Shown here piece after piece: positions 31,726-43,091 of a stretch of DNA of 64,000 nucleotides (positions are counted from its first letter, which is position 1; every line of letters begins with the position of its first letter). Below the pieces are notes generated by a model. It was not told the DNA's origin. It made no database searches and was given only the letters and a program-made list of their open reading frames with translations. The translations under genes and the position numbers were made by a program. Source of the DNA: Elainellaceae cyanobacterium (GTDB taxonomy: Bacteria; Cyanobacteriota; Cyanobacteriia; CAZCXK01); NCBI GenBank assembly GCA_051117555.1, contig JBNPEG010000132.1:1007-65006 (forward strand), given 5' to 3'.

Positions 31726-33200
31726 TCATTAGTAATTTGAGGCAAGCTAATTACATACCGATATCCTGCGTCAATAGAACCCTGGATTGCCAGATTCCCG
31801 TTGTGAATTTCGACAAGTTGCCGAGTCAGCATTAGCCCTAAACTGGGTCGCGTCAGGTCTGACTCCCGTTCCTGGTGACGTGTAGGTTTTGATTCTTTAG
31901 CATTCGCATCTGTGTGAAATGTCGAATGGGAAAGATGGTCTGGATTAGTAGATCCAGGGTCGGTCATTTTAACCAGAGGGGAAAGTCGTGGATTCGGTGC
32001 CAGAGCATCCGGATAGGCTTCCGCTTGGGGCAACCCATCCCCCAACCACGGATGAGTTGTCCAGACGGCGATATTGAGGCGATCGCGCTTACGAGATACG
32101 TGAATGCGGATAATGCTGCATGCGCTAGATGATTGAATCACGCGAAACGCAAGGTGATATAGCATTTGACGAACTTTGTCTTTGTCGAGCAGCCAGATAC
32201 GACGACCCGGTTCGACCGAAAGCTGAATCTGTTGTTCTCGTTGTTTTGAGACTTGTTCAAGCGTGCCAATCGCTTGCTGGCAGAGCATTTCGATATCAAC
32301 CGGACTTAGATTTAAGTCCTGACTGCGCTCATCAAGGGCGCCAAGCTCTAAAATTTCGTTCACAATCGAGAGCATATAGTGTCCACTGGTGTGAACAATA
32401 TCCATGTATTTCTTTTGTCTTTCGGTTAATGGACCATAAATTTCCCGATTGAGAACACTGGCCATTCCTAAAATTGACGTTAGCGGAGTCCTCAGTTCTT
32501 GGGTCATTTGGGCAATTAAGGCAGCTTTGACCGTACTGGCAAGTAGATGAGGAGACGGGGTCTTACGGGTTTCGAGAGGCGATCGCTGATTAGGATCAGG
32601 GCTATAGTCCGGAAGGCGTTGTTTGAGCAAATGATTTCGTTCAAATTCGCTCATACTCCATCGCGCAGTCAATTCAAGAAATTCGATTTCCTTACGGGTG
32701 AAACTACGAGGAGCTAATTCCATAATGGCTAACGTTCCCAAATAGCAGCCATTTGATGCGATGAGCGGCACTCCTAAATAGGCTTTGATGCCATAGTTAC
32801 TAACAAGCAAACAAGTTGCAAAATTTGGATCATGGACTGCATCACTAATCGCTAAAACCTTTTGATGTTCAATGACGTGATTACAAAACGATTCTTGACG
32901 CGGTAGCTGACGCGAAGATGCCAGACTATTCATCAGCCCAATTCTGGACAACCCAATTGCTGATTTAAACCAGTGTCGATCTCGATCAATCAGCCCTAAA
33001 ATGCAAATCGGCGCATCTAAAAAATGAGCCGCTGTTTGAGTTGCCTCTTCAAAAACGGGAACACTTTCTGCCTCTAATAAGCCCAATTCGTTTAAGGTTG
33101 CCAAGCGCTGCTGCTCGCGATCTGTCGCAGAGACTGCTCCCCCTAGGGAACTAACATCCCCGTCTGGCGAATTAAAAAATGAACTATTAGGGCTTATCAT
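31701..33200 (-). CDS. GAF domain plus degenerate histidine-kinase domain
   Basis: GAF (EQQRLATL, SFCNH, AYLGVPL, LGTL); HisKA reads TQELRTPL; degenerate HATPase. Confidence 0.85.
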   Translation of the reverse strand: MISPNSSFFNSPDGDVSSLGGAVSATDREQQRLATLNELGLLEAESVPVFEEATQTAAHFLDAPICILGLIDRDRHWFKSAIGLSRIGLMNSLASSRQLPRQESFCNHVIEHQKVLAISDAVHDPNFATCLLVSNYGIKAYLGVPLIASNGCYLGTLAIMELAPRSFTRKEIEFLELTARWSMSEFERNHLLKQRLPDYSPDPNQRSPLETRKTPSPHLLASTVKAALIAQMTQELRTPLTSILGMASVLNREIYGPLTERQKKYMDIVHTSGHYMLSIVNEILELGALDERSQDLNLSPVDIEMLCQQAIGTLEQVSKQREQQIQLSVEPGRRIWLLDKDKVRQMLYHLAFRVIQSSSACSIIRIHVSRKRDRLNIAVWTTHPWLGDGLPQAEAYPDALAPNPRLSPLVKMTDPGSTNPDHLSHSTFHTDANAKESKPTRHQERESDLTRPSLGLMLTRQLVEIHNGNLAIQGSIDAGYRYVISLPQITNDQILNCRA

Positions 33201-33242
33201 TGCAATCCCTTTTTCCCAAATTTGCTGTGAGAACGAACTGTA

Positions 33243-33331
33243 ATAGCGGCGCTTGAGTTAGGCACGGTGATGTAGAGCGCGGCGCACCACACACCATCAT
33301 TTCTATACTTAACGTCATTGCAAATGGCTAT
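33243..33331. mobile_element. Degenerate ~90-bp MITE related to 49632-49722
   Basis: Shares GCTTGAGTTA(G/A)GCACGGT, GCGCGGCG and ACCATC; TAGC.../...GCTA ends. Confidence 0.55.
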
Positions 33332-33625
33332 CAATCTATTAACAGTCATTTGATATACCCATCATTCCCCAACTTTTAAGAGGATGAACGTCAGAGGTAA
33401 GAAGATTGCAAGAACGCTTCTAGCGCGGCTATTGCCACCTTGGACTCTTAACGATAACCCAGTGAAAATACGGGTTTGCCAAGCGATTTTCTAACTCGAA
33501 ATAAGCTAAAATCTGCATTGAATATATTAAAAGAATTAAAAAAATGAGCTTGCCCGATTTAATTCAGGCAAGCTTCGGCGCGACAATTCATGGAAAAACC
33601 CGAAAAATATAGGGTGGCGATCGCG

Positions 33626-34366
33626 TTACCCCCAAGCAGGATGAGAAAGGAGTGATGCAATCACTCGAACCCCTCTAAGTTGATTCGAAAGAGGCAGATG
33701 ACCACGTGGGGCAGAGATATCCCAAATAAATTCATGGGGATATCGAGTCCAATTATTGCCTGATTTCCAGCCAATTTTTGTCCAAAGCTGATCCCAGTCT
33801 TTCCCCATACTGAGCCACAGGTCGCGCTGAACTGAGAACCCAAACTTGCCTTCCGAATAAACCAGCCATAGGGTATTGACGGTCTGAAGATCTGACACCG
33901 GAAAGTTATCGACTTCGGTGAAATAAAGCCACTTGCGCTGAACAGCAGTCTCACCTGCTAGCGCACAAAGCTTTTGGAGGGTTAGGCGATCGGCTGCCTG
34001 AAAATCTTGATTTGCCAACGTCTCTTGAAGCAAGGTGTAGTCTATATTGCGTTCTGACCGCAACGGAACCACGCCGTGGGGGCAATACGTTATTAAAAAT
34101 TCGCGCACCAAATGAGCCTCGGATTGAAGAAGAATCTGATAAATCTTTCCATCCACGACACTCACAGGAGTTGTGGGCTGATCTAAACGTTGTTTCAAGA
34201 AATCTACTAAAACACCTAACCCTTCATCTCCAAACTTTTCGAGCGTTTGAATGATTTGTAGTTGCTTCTTTTCAGCCTCGGAGCTTAAACGAGTACGCAG
34301 GTCAGTTAGAGTCTCTGAGGCATTTGATGATGGAGTAGAGGTCACGTCGGGCGTGGGATGACTCAT
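33626..34366 (-). CDS. gun4: GUN4 (Ycf53) Mg-chelatase activator
   Basis: DFQAADRLT, RKWLYF, LWLVYSEGKFGFSVQ, APRGHLPLSNQLRG. Confidence 0.9.
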   Translation of the reverse strand: MSHPTPDVTSTPSSNASETLTDLRTRLSSEAEKKQLQIIQTLEKFGDEGLGVLVDFLKQRLDQPTTPVSVVDGKIYQILLQSEAHLVREFLITYCPHGVVPLRSERNIDYTLLQETLANQDFQAADRLTLQKLCALAGETAVQRKWLYFTEVDNFPVSDLQTVNTLWLVYSEGKFGFSVQRDLWLSMGKDWDQLWTKIGWKSGNNWTRYPHEFIWDISAPRGHLPLSNQLRGVRVIASLLSHPAWG

Positions 34367-34575
34367 ACTATCTCGGTAAGGTTGTCAACGATTTTGGAAT
34401 CAGTTTTACAGATCTAAAACTTTATAGAGGATCGAGACGATAATAAAGGCGATAAACCTATTTTCAATAGATCTATTCTCAAGGGTTTATCGGAATTGAG
34501 GCAAGCTCAGCAAACCATAAAACTTAAACCGGATTACGGAGATTCGCACCCAATTTGTGAATGCTATAAACGTAT

Positions 34576-35091
34576 TTAAGCTTTAGGAATTTTTGACGCT
34601 GAGCCTACATTAAGAATATGCTGAATAATCGATGTTGTTGAGCTTGATACCTCAAATTTAACGAATTTGATTTGTCCTCCATAGGCTTGTACGGCAGGAG
34701 CTTCTGGGAGAGTGTCAATATCGTAGTCTCCACCCTTGACATAAACATCGGGATGCAGGGCTTCAATCAGCGGAATCGCTCTGATTTCAGGAAAAATTAC
34801 AACTGCATTGACAGGCTTTAAACTAGCAAGCACTTCAGCCCGTTGATATTCTGGAATAATAGGGCGAGAAGGATGTCCTGGGCGAGGAGGTTTTAGGCGT
34901 TTAACGGATTCGTCGCTGTTTAGACCAATGACGAGCGATCGCCCATACGTTTTTGCTAGACGTAAATAGCGAACGTGACCTGCATGAATCAGGTCGAAAC
35001 AGCCATTTGTGAAGACCAGAGGCCGCCATTGCTCAGGCTGAGCCTCGATTACTTGTTGCAAATTAGCAAGCGTATAGACTCCGGGAATCAT
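34576..35091 (-). CDS. RfaE domain II-like nucleotidyltransferase
   Basis: VFTNGCFDLIHAGH, GLNSD, YVKGGDY, STTSII. Confidence 0.88.
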   Translation of the reverse strand: MIPGVYTLANLQQVIEAQPEQWRPLVFTNGCFDLIHAGHVRYLRLAKTYGRSLVIGLNSDESVKRLKPPRPGHPSRPIIPEYQRAEVLASLKPVNAVVIFPEIRAIPLIEALHPDVYVKGGDYDIDTLPEAPAVQAYGGQIKFVKFEVSSSTTSIIQHILNVGSASKIPKA

Positions 35092-35240
35092 TAAATTATT
35101 CTGCTAAATTATCAAATCTTCATCGACCCTACGATCGCACTCATGGAAGAATGGGATGAATTAGAGTGAGTATATATACAGAGTCTCATTAATTTAGGCA
35201 TTTTGTTTGGCTAAATCTCCGTTCGCACTAGGGGTCTTTA

Positions 35241-35891
35241 ATGATTTTGAATATCGATGTTGTGTCGGATGTTATTTGTCCGTGGTGTTTTGTTGCCAAA
35301 CGTCGGTTAGAGCAGGCAATCGAAGACGTGCGCGATCGCCACGAATTTCGCACTGCTTGGCATCCGTTTCAGCTCAATCCGGCAATTCCGGCTGAGGGCA
35401 TCGAGCGGCGGATTTATCGTACGGCGAAGTTTGGTAGTTGGGAGCATTCTCATGCGCTTGATATGCGTCTTGTTGAGGTCGGGAAATCTGTTGGGATTGA
35501 GTTTGCCTTCGATCACATTCAATGGACGCCAAACACGTTTGATGCCCATCGCCTCATTTGGCTTGCCCAGCAGGAAAGTGTCCAAGAGAGCGTAGTAGAG
35601 GCGTTATTCCATACCTATTTTGAGCAGGGACACCACATTGGCGATCGCCAGGTATTGACCGAGATTGCCCTCACGTCAGGAATTGACCACGAACGCCTGA
35701 TGCAATTCTGGAGTAGCGATGACGGTAGCACTGCTGTCAGCGAGGAAGAAGCCGCCGCCCGCCGATTAGGAATCAGTAGCGTTCCGTACATCATTATCAA
35801 CGGCAAATATTCGCTCTCTGGCGCTCAAGACCCTCAAACCATCGTGTCAGCGTTTGATCAAGTCAGCCAGCTCACGATGGTAGAGCATTAG
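35241..35891 (+). CDS. DsbA/FrnE-family oxidoreductase
   Basis: SDVICPWC, PFQLNP, NTFDAHRL, VP, SGAQ. Confidence 0.9.
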   Translation: MILNIDVVSDVICPWCFVAKRRLEQAIEDVRDRHEFRTAWHPFQLNPAIPAEGIERRIYRTAKFGSWEHSHALDMRLVEVGKSVGIEFAFDHIQWTPNTFDAHRLIWLAQQESVQESVVEALFHTYFEQGHHIGDRQVLTEIALTSGIDHERLMQFWSSDDGSTAVSEEEAAARRLGISSVPYIIINGKYSLSGAQDPQTIVSAFDQVSQLTMVEH

Positions 35892-35938
35892 CCCAGGTAA
35901 ACCACTAGCCCAGAAGCTCAGAGGGGGCATCAGGCACT

Positions 35939-37540
35939 TCAATCGAGACGCGATTCTGATTCTGATTCTGTGAAAACGTCTTGCCACTGATTTGAACCAA
36001 ATTCTTTCTCGAATTCACGAATAACCCAACCGAGGGATCGCCGATGTTGCTGAGCGATCGCAATCAGATACGCTTTGTAAGCACATTTGTCACCTAGAGT
36101 GGGCGCATTGCCAAAAATGGCTCCTTGATACCAATCCTCATCAGGCCACTGCCCAACCTGCTGAAAAAATAGCCGTCGCGCCAGATTCGGGGTTTGCCTC
36201 TCTTCAAACCCTTGTCGTCGCTGCATCTGAAAGATTTTGACCATTTTATCTGTTTCAACGTATCGAAACTGCTCATGGCTTATCAGTTCGATCAGATTGT
36301 CAGTTTGGATCTGTTGCTCTACAAGCCAGTGATAATGGCATTCAGGGCATTCAGTTACAAATGCCCATACTAAGCGGTTGCAGTCAGGACATTGCTTGGT
36401 CGGAGGGGCACTGCTGCCTTGGGGGTCCTTGCTGGTCGGAAGGCGATAATGCTTAATATCTTCTGGAAATCCGAGTCGTTGTAAGTTGCCTGCTTGGTCT
36501 AGGATAATGCCGTGAGTTTTGCCTGTACGCGGAGATATTCGCATAACGCGCCCGATTTGCTGATAGTGAAGGGCACGGGATTGAGTGGGGCGCAACAACA
36601 ATCCGACTTCGACACTAGGCTCGTCAAAACCAATGCTGATCACATTGCAGGACGATAGCATCAACAAGCGACCGGCTCCTAAGTCATCATAAAGGCGTCG
36701 CCTTGTTTTGATCGGGGTGCCTCCTTCTACGGTTGCAGCGGGGATTCCGGCTGCTTGAAACGCATCAGCAATGTGACGAGCGTGTTCGATATCCACACAA
36801 AACGCTATGGTGCGTTTGCCTGGAGTGAGCCGATGCCATTCATCTACAATTTTTTGAACCAACTCGGGGCGATCGCACGCATTCTTCAAATCACGTTCAT
36901 CATAATCGCCTGCAATGATCCGAATGCCGTCTAAATTGATTTGGCCATCGGCGGGAACCCCATAATATTTCATGCTGGCAAGGAAGCCCATTTGCTGAAG
37001 CTCTGCCGGAACAGGAGAGGCTACCAGCGCTTGAAAATGGTCACCCATTTGTCCGCTCCCTAACCGATAAGGCGTTGCCGTCATCCCTAAATGAATGGCA
37101 AGAGGATGGGTTCGATACAGAATCTCTTGCCCAACTTGGCTAAAGGCAGTAGTGTGGGCTTCGTCAAAAAACACGAGACTGGCAGGCCATTTACGCCACC
37201 AGTCTCGCTTTGCCATAGTCTGAATGCTGCCAATCTGTATCGGAGCGGTAGGGTCTTCGCGCCATCCCGCTTTGATAAATCCACACCGCAATCCAAAGGA
37301 TTGCATTTTGTCGTACGTCTGGCCAACCAGTACATCCAAATGAACAATAAACAAGAGCCAGCACCCTCGTTCTTCTGCATGGGCACAGATTTGCCCACCG
37401 ATGACAGTTTTCCCAGCCCCCGTTCCAGCAACAATAGCAATCCGTCGATATCCCTGATTGATCTTGCGATACAAGTCGTTGATTAGCTGCACCTGATATG
37501 GGCGTAGCGTTGGAGGATGGGACGTGCGCTCTACAGCCAT
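35939..37540 (-). CDS. SF2 DEAH helicase, RadD/YejH-like, with Zn ribbon
   Basis: LRPYQ, TGAGKT, DEAH, TATP, GFD, QQIGR, CPDC..CPEC. Confidence 0.88.
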   Translation of the reverse strand: MAVERTSHPPTLRPYQVQLINDLYRKINQGYRRIAIVAGTGAGKTVIGGQICAHAEERGCWLLFIVHLDVLVGQTYDKMQSFGLRCGFIKAGWREDPTAPIQIGSIQTMAKRDWWRKWPASLVFFDEAHTTAFSQVGQEILYRTHPLAIHLGMTATPYRLGSGQMGDHFQALVASPVPAELQQMGFLASMKYYGVPADGQINLDGIRIIAGDYDERDLKNACDRPELVQKIVDEWHRLTPGKRTIAFCVDIEHARHIADAFQAAGIPAATVEGGTPIKTRRRLYDDLGAGRLLMLSSCNVISIGFDEPSVEVGLLLRPTQSRALHYQQIGRVMRISPRTGKTHGIILDQAGNLQRLGFPEDIKHYRLPTSKDPQGSSAPPTKQCPDCNRLVWAFVTECPECHYHWLVEQQIQTDNLIELISHEQFRYVETDKMVKIFQMQRRQGFEERQTPNLARRLFFQQVGQWPDEDWYQGAIFGNAPTLGDKCAYKAYLIAIAQQHRRSLGWVIREFEKEFGSNQWQDVFTESESESRLD

Positions 37541-37709
37541 TGAAACAACACCGAGCTGAACTTAAGAACATTTGTACAAATGACCTAACCGTCAGCTTAA
37601 TGGGTCTGGCGCAGTAAAACAATTGTTCATTAAATAAGTTCTGACTATGACGGGGGCGATCGCCCTCATCGATCCAGCCACAACGCATTCAAACAAACGA
37701 ATGCCCAGA

Positions 37710-38846
<1,137 letters not shown>

Positions 38847-38939
38847 TCAGCATAGAGTCAGGGCAGCCCGATTATCAATGAGGGGTGTGACCTAGAAAGC
38901 GAAAATTTTCTTAGAATCAAATAGCCCTATACTCGCCTA

Positions 38940-39031
38940 TATAGCAATCCCAGATGGGTTTTGAGCGGTGGGGCGGGCGGCGCCTGTCCCACCGCTCACA
39001 CACAATTCACAAGCGATTTAGGATCGCTATA
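38940..39031. mobile_element. TATAGC-ended MITE with internal GC hairpin
   Basis: TATAGCAATCC...GGATCGCTATA (10/11 match); internal GAGCGGTGGG...CCCACCGCTC. Confidence 0.75.
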
Positions 39032-39178
39032 GAAGTGGCACATATTATCAGTACATTTCTAGTACATTGCTTAAATTCAACGATTCTTGATATTTAATCA
39101 ATGCTTAAGATTAAAAAATAGGGCATCCTGGGATAGACCACTGGGTTTAATCTACTTTCCATTTTTGAGGACGGTTCC

Positions 39179-39520
39179 ATGTCAACCTCATGGCGTTCAA
39201 CAGAATCTCAGGCACGAGATCCGGAAGCTACCGAAGTAATTCAGTTTGAATGGCAAAAACTTTTGGCATTCGGTATTTCCAATCAGGACGCTCAGATGAT
39301 GATCAGAGCGCTTGCGGTTCGAGATGTGATGCCAGCATATTGGCGGCGGCTCATTGAGGCAGGCATTCCGCTGAATGATGCAAAGACGATTGCTAAGGCG
39401 ATCGCCTGTCATGACACAGGGCGCAAACCTCTCAGTTTGCATCAACAAAAACTAATTCTTCAATATCTGCCGTTGATATGTCGCGCAGATCTCTGGCGAC
39501 CCAATTTGCTCATGACATGA
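39179..39520 (+). CDS. Hypothetical protein with two internal helical repeats
   Basis: WQKLLAFGISNQDA resembles WRRLIEAGIPLNDA; GAGG RBS. Confidence 0.65.
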   Translation: MSTSWRSTESQARDPEATEVIQFEWQKLLAFGISNQDAQMMIRALAVRDVMPAYWRRLIEAGIPLNDAKTIAKAIACHDTGRKPLSLHQQKLILQYLPLICRADLWRPNLLMT

Positions 39521-39556
39521 TGTCAATTTCGTAAACAAGGGCCAGCTTACCTGATT

Positions 39557-39769
39557 CTAAGAGGAGACTAAAATCGGAAAGGTTTGCTCGATATATTCCA
39601 TGAGATGCACTTTACGCTGGCCAATATACGGCCTGTCAGTAGAGCCACCACACGATACATATTCGACAACGGCTTTTTTTCCGTGGGGCCCGATCTCTAA
39701 AATTTTGATGCCCCAGTCCTGATCTGGCAGGCTCTTAAAGATGCGACCTTCTTGAATGTCGTACAGCAT
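39557..39769 (-). CDS. Small hypothetical protein (70 aa)
   Basis: MLYDIQEGRIF...; the longer ORF call from 39952 starts inside MITE copy 2. Confidence 0.45.
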   Translation of the reverse strand: MLYDIQEGRIFKSLPDQDWGIKILEIGPHGKKAVVEYVSCGGSTDRPYIGQRKVHLMEYIEQTFPILVSS

Positions 39770-39885
39770 AAAAAATGCGCGATCGCCTTTGTAATCTAGA
39801 CTACTAAGGAGGGTTTGCCCCTCCCTAGTATCAGCAATATCCAGGCTTAGCGCAATGAGTTTGTGGGAGTACGTATTGGAATTTA

Positions 39886-39986
39886 TACCAATTCTTCGAA
39901 GTAGGGCTACAAATGAACAGGCTAAAACCCTTGCAAGGCTGGTGGCCGTCAATCCAAAGTCGAAAATCCAAAATCGAGAATCGGTA
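39886..39986. mobile_element. 101-bp MITE, copy 2
   Basis: TACCAATTCT...AGAATCGGTA, TTA on both flanks. Confidence 0.8.
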
Positions 39987-39994
39987 TTAGCCCC

Positions 39995-42646
39995 TTAGTT
40001 TTGGCTACCGGCCTTTGCTTCTAGATTTTCTAGACGGCTTCTCAGGTCTTGATTATCCTTTTTAAGCTGATCCAACTCCTCTTGGAGTTTATTCACAGCT
40101 TGATCGTGACCTGCAGCTTTTTGAACTTGCTGAACGGCCTCGTCTGCCCGACGACGTACCCGACCATCAGGTGACTGATCGGCGAGTGACTGAAGAATGC
40201 TTACTGCTCGAATTGTTTCCATTTGCCCAAGCGCACTAACGACTGCTACTTGAGTCAAAAAGAAAGTGTCGCCCGCGAGTTCGTCGAGTCGAGTGAGGAT
40301 ACGCTCTAGATTGGGTTTGCTTTGCCCCGATGAAATTGTTCCTAGGGCGCGAATTGCCGATAGCCGGAGTGCCTGAGGCACTCCTAAAGCCGTATAGTCT
40401 AGAAGGATGTCCAGAGCTGCCTCTGAGGTTTTCATCTGGCTCAGTCCGGCGATCGCCCCAGATCGAAGGGTTTCGTTCCAGCCTGCTCGTTCGCTTAACA
40501 CCGACTTGAGCAGCTTCAACACTTTCTCTTCTTTTGATTTGCCATCGAGTTTTGTAGCCGCAATACTGCCTAATCCTCGCATTGCCGACGATTCTACATA
40601 ATAGCTGTCATCTCCCTTCTCCACGATCGATTTCAGGGCTTTATAGCTCTCTTTGGTTTTAATCTTAGCGAGAGTTTCGACGACGGCTCGACGCACTCTA
40701 GGCTCAGAATCGTTAAGCCCTATGACCAACGCATCAAATGCCTGATCAAGCTTGATGGAACCCAGTCGCCGTGCGACTTCGGCGCGCACTCCCCAAAAGC
40801 GATCGCCCTGCAATGCTTCCCCAAGAGCTTTGACCGCTTCCAGCGTGCCTTTTTTGGCCAATGCTTCAGCCGCATAAATGCGAGAAATCGGATCGGAGTC
40901 AAACATAAGCTGGGCTTTCAGTTCTGCAACGGGATATTCCAGCGTTACCGTTTTAAGGATGTGATTATTGACATCAAAACTGACAAAAGCGGGCTTTTCA
41001 GGAAGCGGGAAATAGAAGGTCTGCTCGCGCTCGTGAACTCGGACTACAAATAATTTGAGAGTAGGCTCTGCATGGGAGGTAGACTCATCATCAGTGTTGA
41101 CAACGCCAAATCCAATTGGAAGTCGCAAATCAAATAATTCGCTCTTGCCGCCCTTGTCGTCGTCTCTAGCCTGCGTCTGAGTGACAGTGAGCTTAGCAAG
41201 TTTGCTGTCTCCATCCCAAGAATATGCAACTTTATAGTCGGGATGGCCGCCCCGGAATACGTATTGATCGAACAAAAACTGTAGATTGCGTCCTGTTGCT
41301 TTCTCAATCGCCCGCAGCAAATCGATTGTTTCGACCGTTTGATGAGCATTGTCTTGAACGAACGTATGAATTGCCATCTTAAAGAGCTCATCGCCCAACT
41401 CTGCGCGAATCATGTGATAAACGCAGGCTCCCTTCTCATAGATATGTCGGTCGTATAGTTCAATGGCTTCGCGGTAAATGTGAGTCACAATCGGACGGCG
41501 ATAGCGAGAACTGTCCTCCGAAATGTAGCTCCGCGCTTCGTTGAGGCGATAGTAAGCGGCATCGTCTGCGCCATATTCGCGCTCAGTCCACATCACTTCA
41601 GAATAGGACGCCATTCCTTCTTTAATCCAAGCGTGGGACCAGTGTTTGATGACGACTAAATCTCCAAACCACTGGTGAGCGAGTTCGTGAGCGACGAGGC
41701 TTTCGGCACTGCGATTGTCGAGGGCAGCTCGCTCATCGAGCAGACAACGGTCGGTTAGCAGCGTGGTCGATGTATTTTCCATGCCGCCAAAGATAAAGTC
41801 ATCGACGCAAACCTGAGCATATTTGGGGTATGGATAGGAATAGCCAAATGCTTGGCTAAAAAACTCAATCATCTCAGGCGTTTTGCCCATAGTACGCTTG
41901 GCATCTGCCTCACGACCTTTTTCCACGTAGTAGAGGCATGGCACTTGCCGGTCTTGAGCGCGATCGTGCCATTCATCCTGAATTTCAGCAAAATCGCCAA
42001 CGGCAAGCGTCATGAGATACGTCGGATGCACCTCTTTTTGCAGCCAATGATAGATTTTGGTGTCCTCGTCTTCCTCAGTCGTCACTAATTCACCATTCGA
42101 GATGGCCATTAGATGTTTAGGCACGCGCACCCGAATTTCGGAGGTTGCTAGCTGTCCTGGGTAGTCAAAACACGGAAACCAGTATCGAGAATCTTCATCT
42201 TCTCCTTGAGTCCAGACTTGAACTGGCTTGTCGGGATAGTGATCGTCTGGTGCAATGAAGTAAATGCCTCGCTGGGGATGATCGACGTGGTAGGCGATCG
42301 CAATTTCAATGGGCTTTCCTACTTGAGTGGAGTGTTGGAGCCGAATATGCAGTTGCTCGCCATCATAATCGAAGGGTTGTTCGACCGTATCAACCTGAAC
42401 TGAATCAATCGACAAGTTGACGGCATCCAGCGTAAGGGTGTCGATTCCGGCGCGGATTGGATCGAGCCGAATGGTGCAAATTCCTTGATAGGTTTGCTGA
42501 GGAATATCTAGCGACAAATCTAAAAAAATATGTTTGACCTGACCGGGGCGATCGGGATTGTAGTGGGGGCGAGCACCTGGCAACTCGAAACGCTTGCGAC
42601 CATTCTCATCTAAACCGAAGTAGAACTGCATCATAAATACAATCAA
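39995..42646 (-). CDS. M1 aminopeptidase with HEAT repeats and C-terminal coiled coil
   Basis: GGMEN, HELAHQWFG...KEG, YEKG, HEAT-like repeats. Confidence 0.93.
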   Translation of the reverse strand: MIVFMMQFYFGLDENGRKRFELPGARPHYNPDRPGQVKHIFLDLSLDIPQQTYQGICTIRLDPIRAGIDTLTLDAVNLSIDSVQVDTVEQPFDYDGEQLHIRLQHSTQVGKPIEIAIAYHVDHPQRGIYFIAPDDHYPDKPVQVWTQGEDEDSRYWFPCFDYPGQLATSEIRVRVPKHLMAISNGELVTTEEDEDTKIYHWLQKEVHPTYLMTLAVGDFAEIQDEWHDRAQDRQVPCLYYVEKGREADAKRTMGKTPEMIEFFSQAFGYSYPYPKYAQVCVDDFIFGGMENTSTTLLTDRCLLDERAALDNRSAESLVAHELAHQWFGDLVVIKHWSHAWIKEGMASYSEVMWTEREYGADDAAYYRLNEARSYISEDSSRYRRPIVTHIYREAIELYDRHIYEKGACVYHMIRAELGDELFKMAIHTFVQDNAHQTVETIDLLRAIEKATGRNLQFLFDQYVFRGGHPDYKVAYSWDGDSKLAKLTVTQTQARDDDKGGKSELFDLRLPIGFGVVNTDDESTSHAEPTLKLFVVRVHEREQTFYFPLPEKPAFVSFDVNNHILKTVTLEYPVAELKAQLMFDSDPISRIYAAEALAKKGTLEAVKALGEALQGDRFWGVRAEVARRLGSIKLDQAFDALVIGLNDSEPRVRRAVVETLAKIKTKESYKALKSIVEKGDDSYYVESSAMRGLGSIAATKLDGKSKEEKVLKLLKSVLSERAGWNETLRSGAIAGLSQMKTSEAALDILLDYTALGVPQALRLSAIRALGTISSGQSKPNLERILTRLDELAGDTFFLTQVAVVSALGQMETIRAVSILQSLADQSPDGRVRRRADEAVQQVQKAAGHDQAVNKLQEELDQLKKDNQDLRSRLENLEAKAGSQN

Positions 42647-43091
42647 CCTATGACACTCAAAATTTTGACCACCGAGGGTTGAACAGTAACCCTAAGTATG
42701 TATTCCTTACAGACTAACGCGGATTACACCACTCCACTTGAAAATTTGACGACTGAGCGTCTGCGTTCGGCATGTGCGTTCGGCATGTAGTGGGTGTTTA
42801 ATCAATCATTAGGTAAATTCATTAGGTAAATTCATTAGGTAAATTGGTGCGGTCGACTATCGGCCATCAGCTATCACCAGCCAGTCTTCAGCCAGTTAGC
42901 GATCGCCTTTGCCTTCGACCCAATTTGTTGATGGAAGCTAATAGCTGATAACCCAATTAGGTTAAATAACGTGTATGAACCCAACGACGTGAATCCGATC
43001 CAGGGTTTAATCTCTTTGGTAGGGATGGTTGCTGCGTATTTGCCATCTCACCCCGTCAATGCCAAGCCTCTAAACAACTGACGTTTTACCT

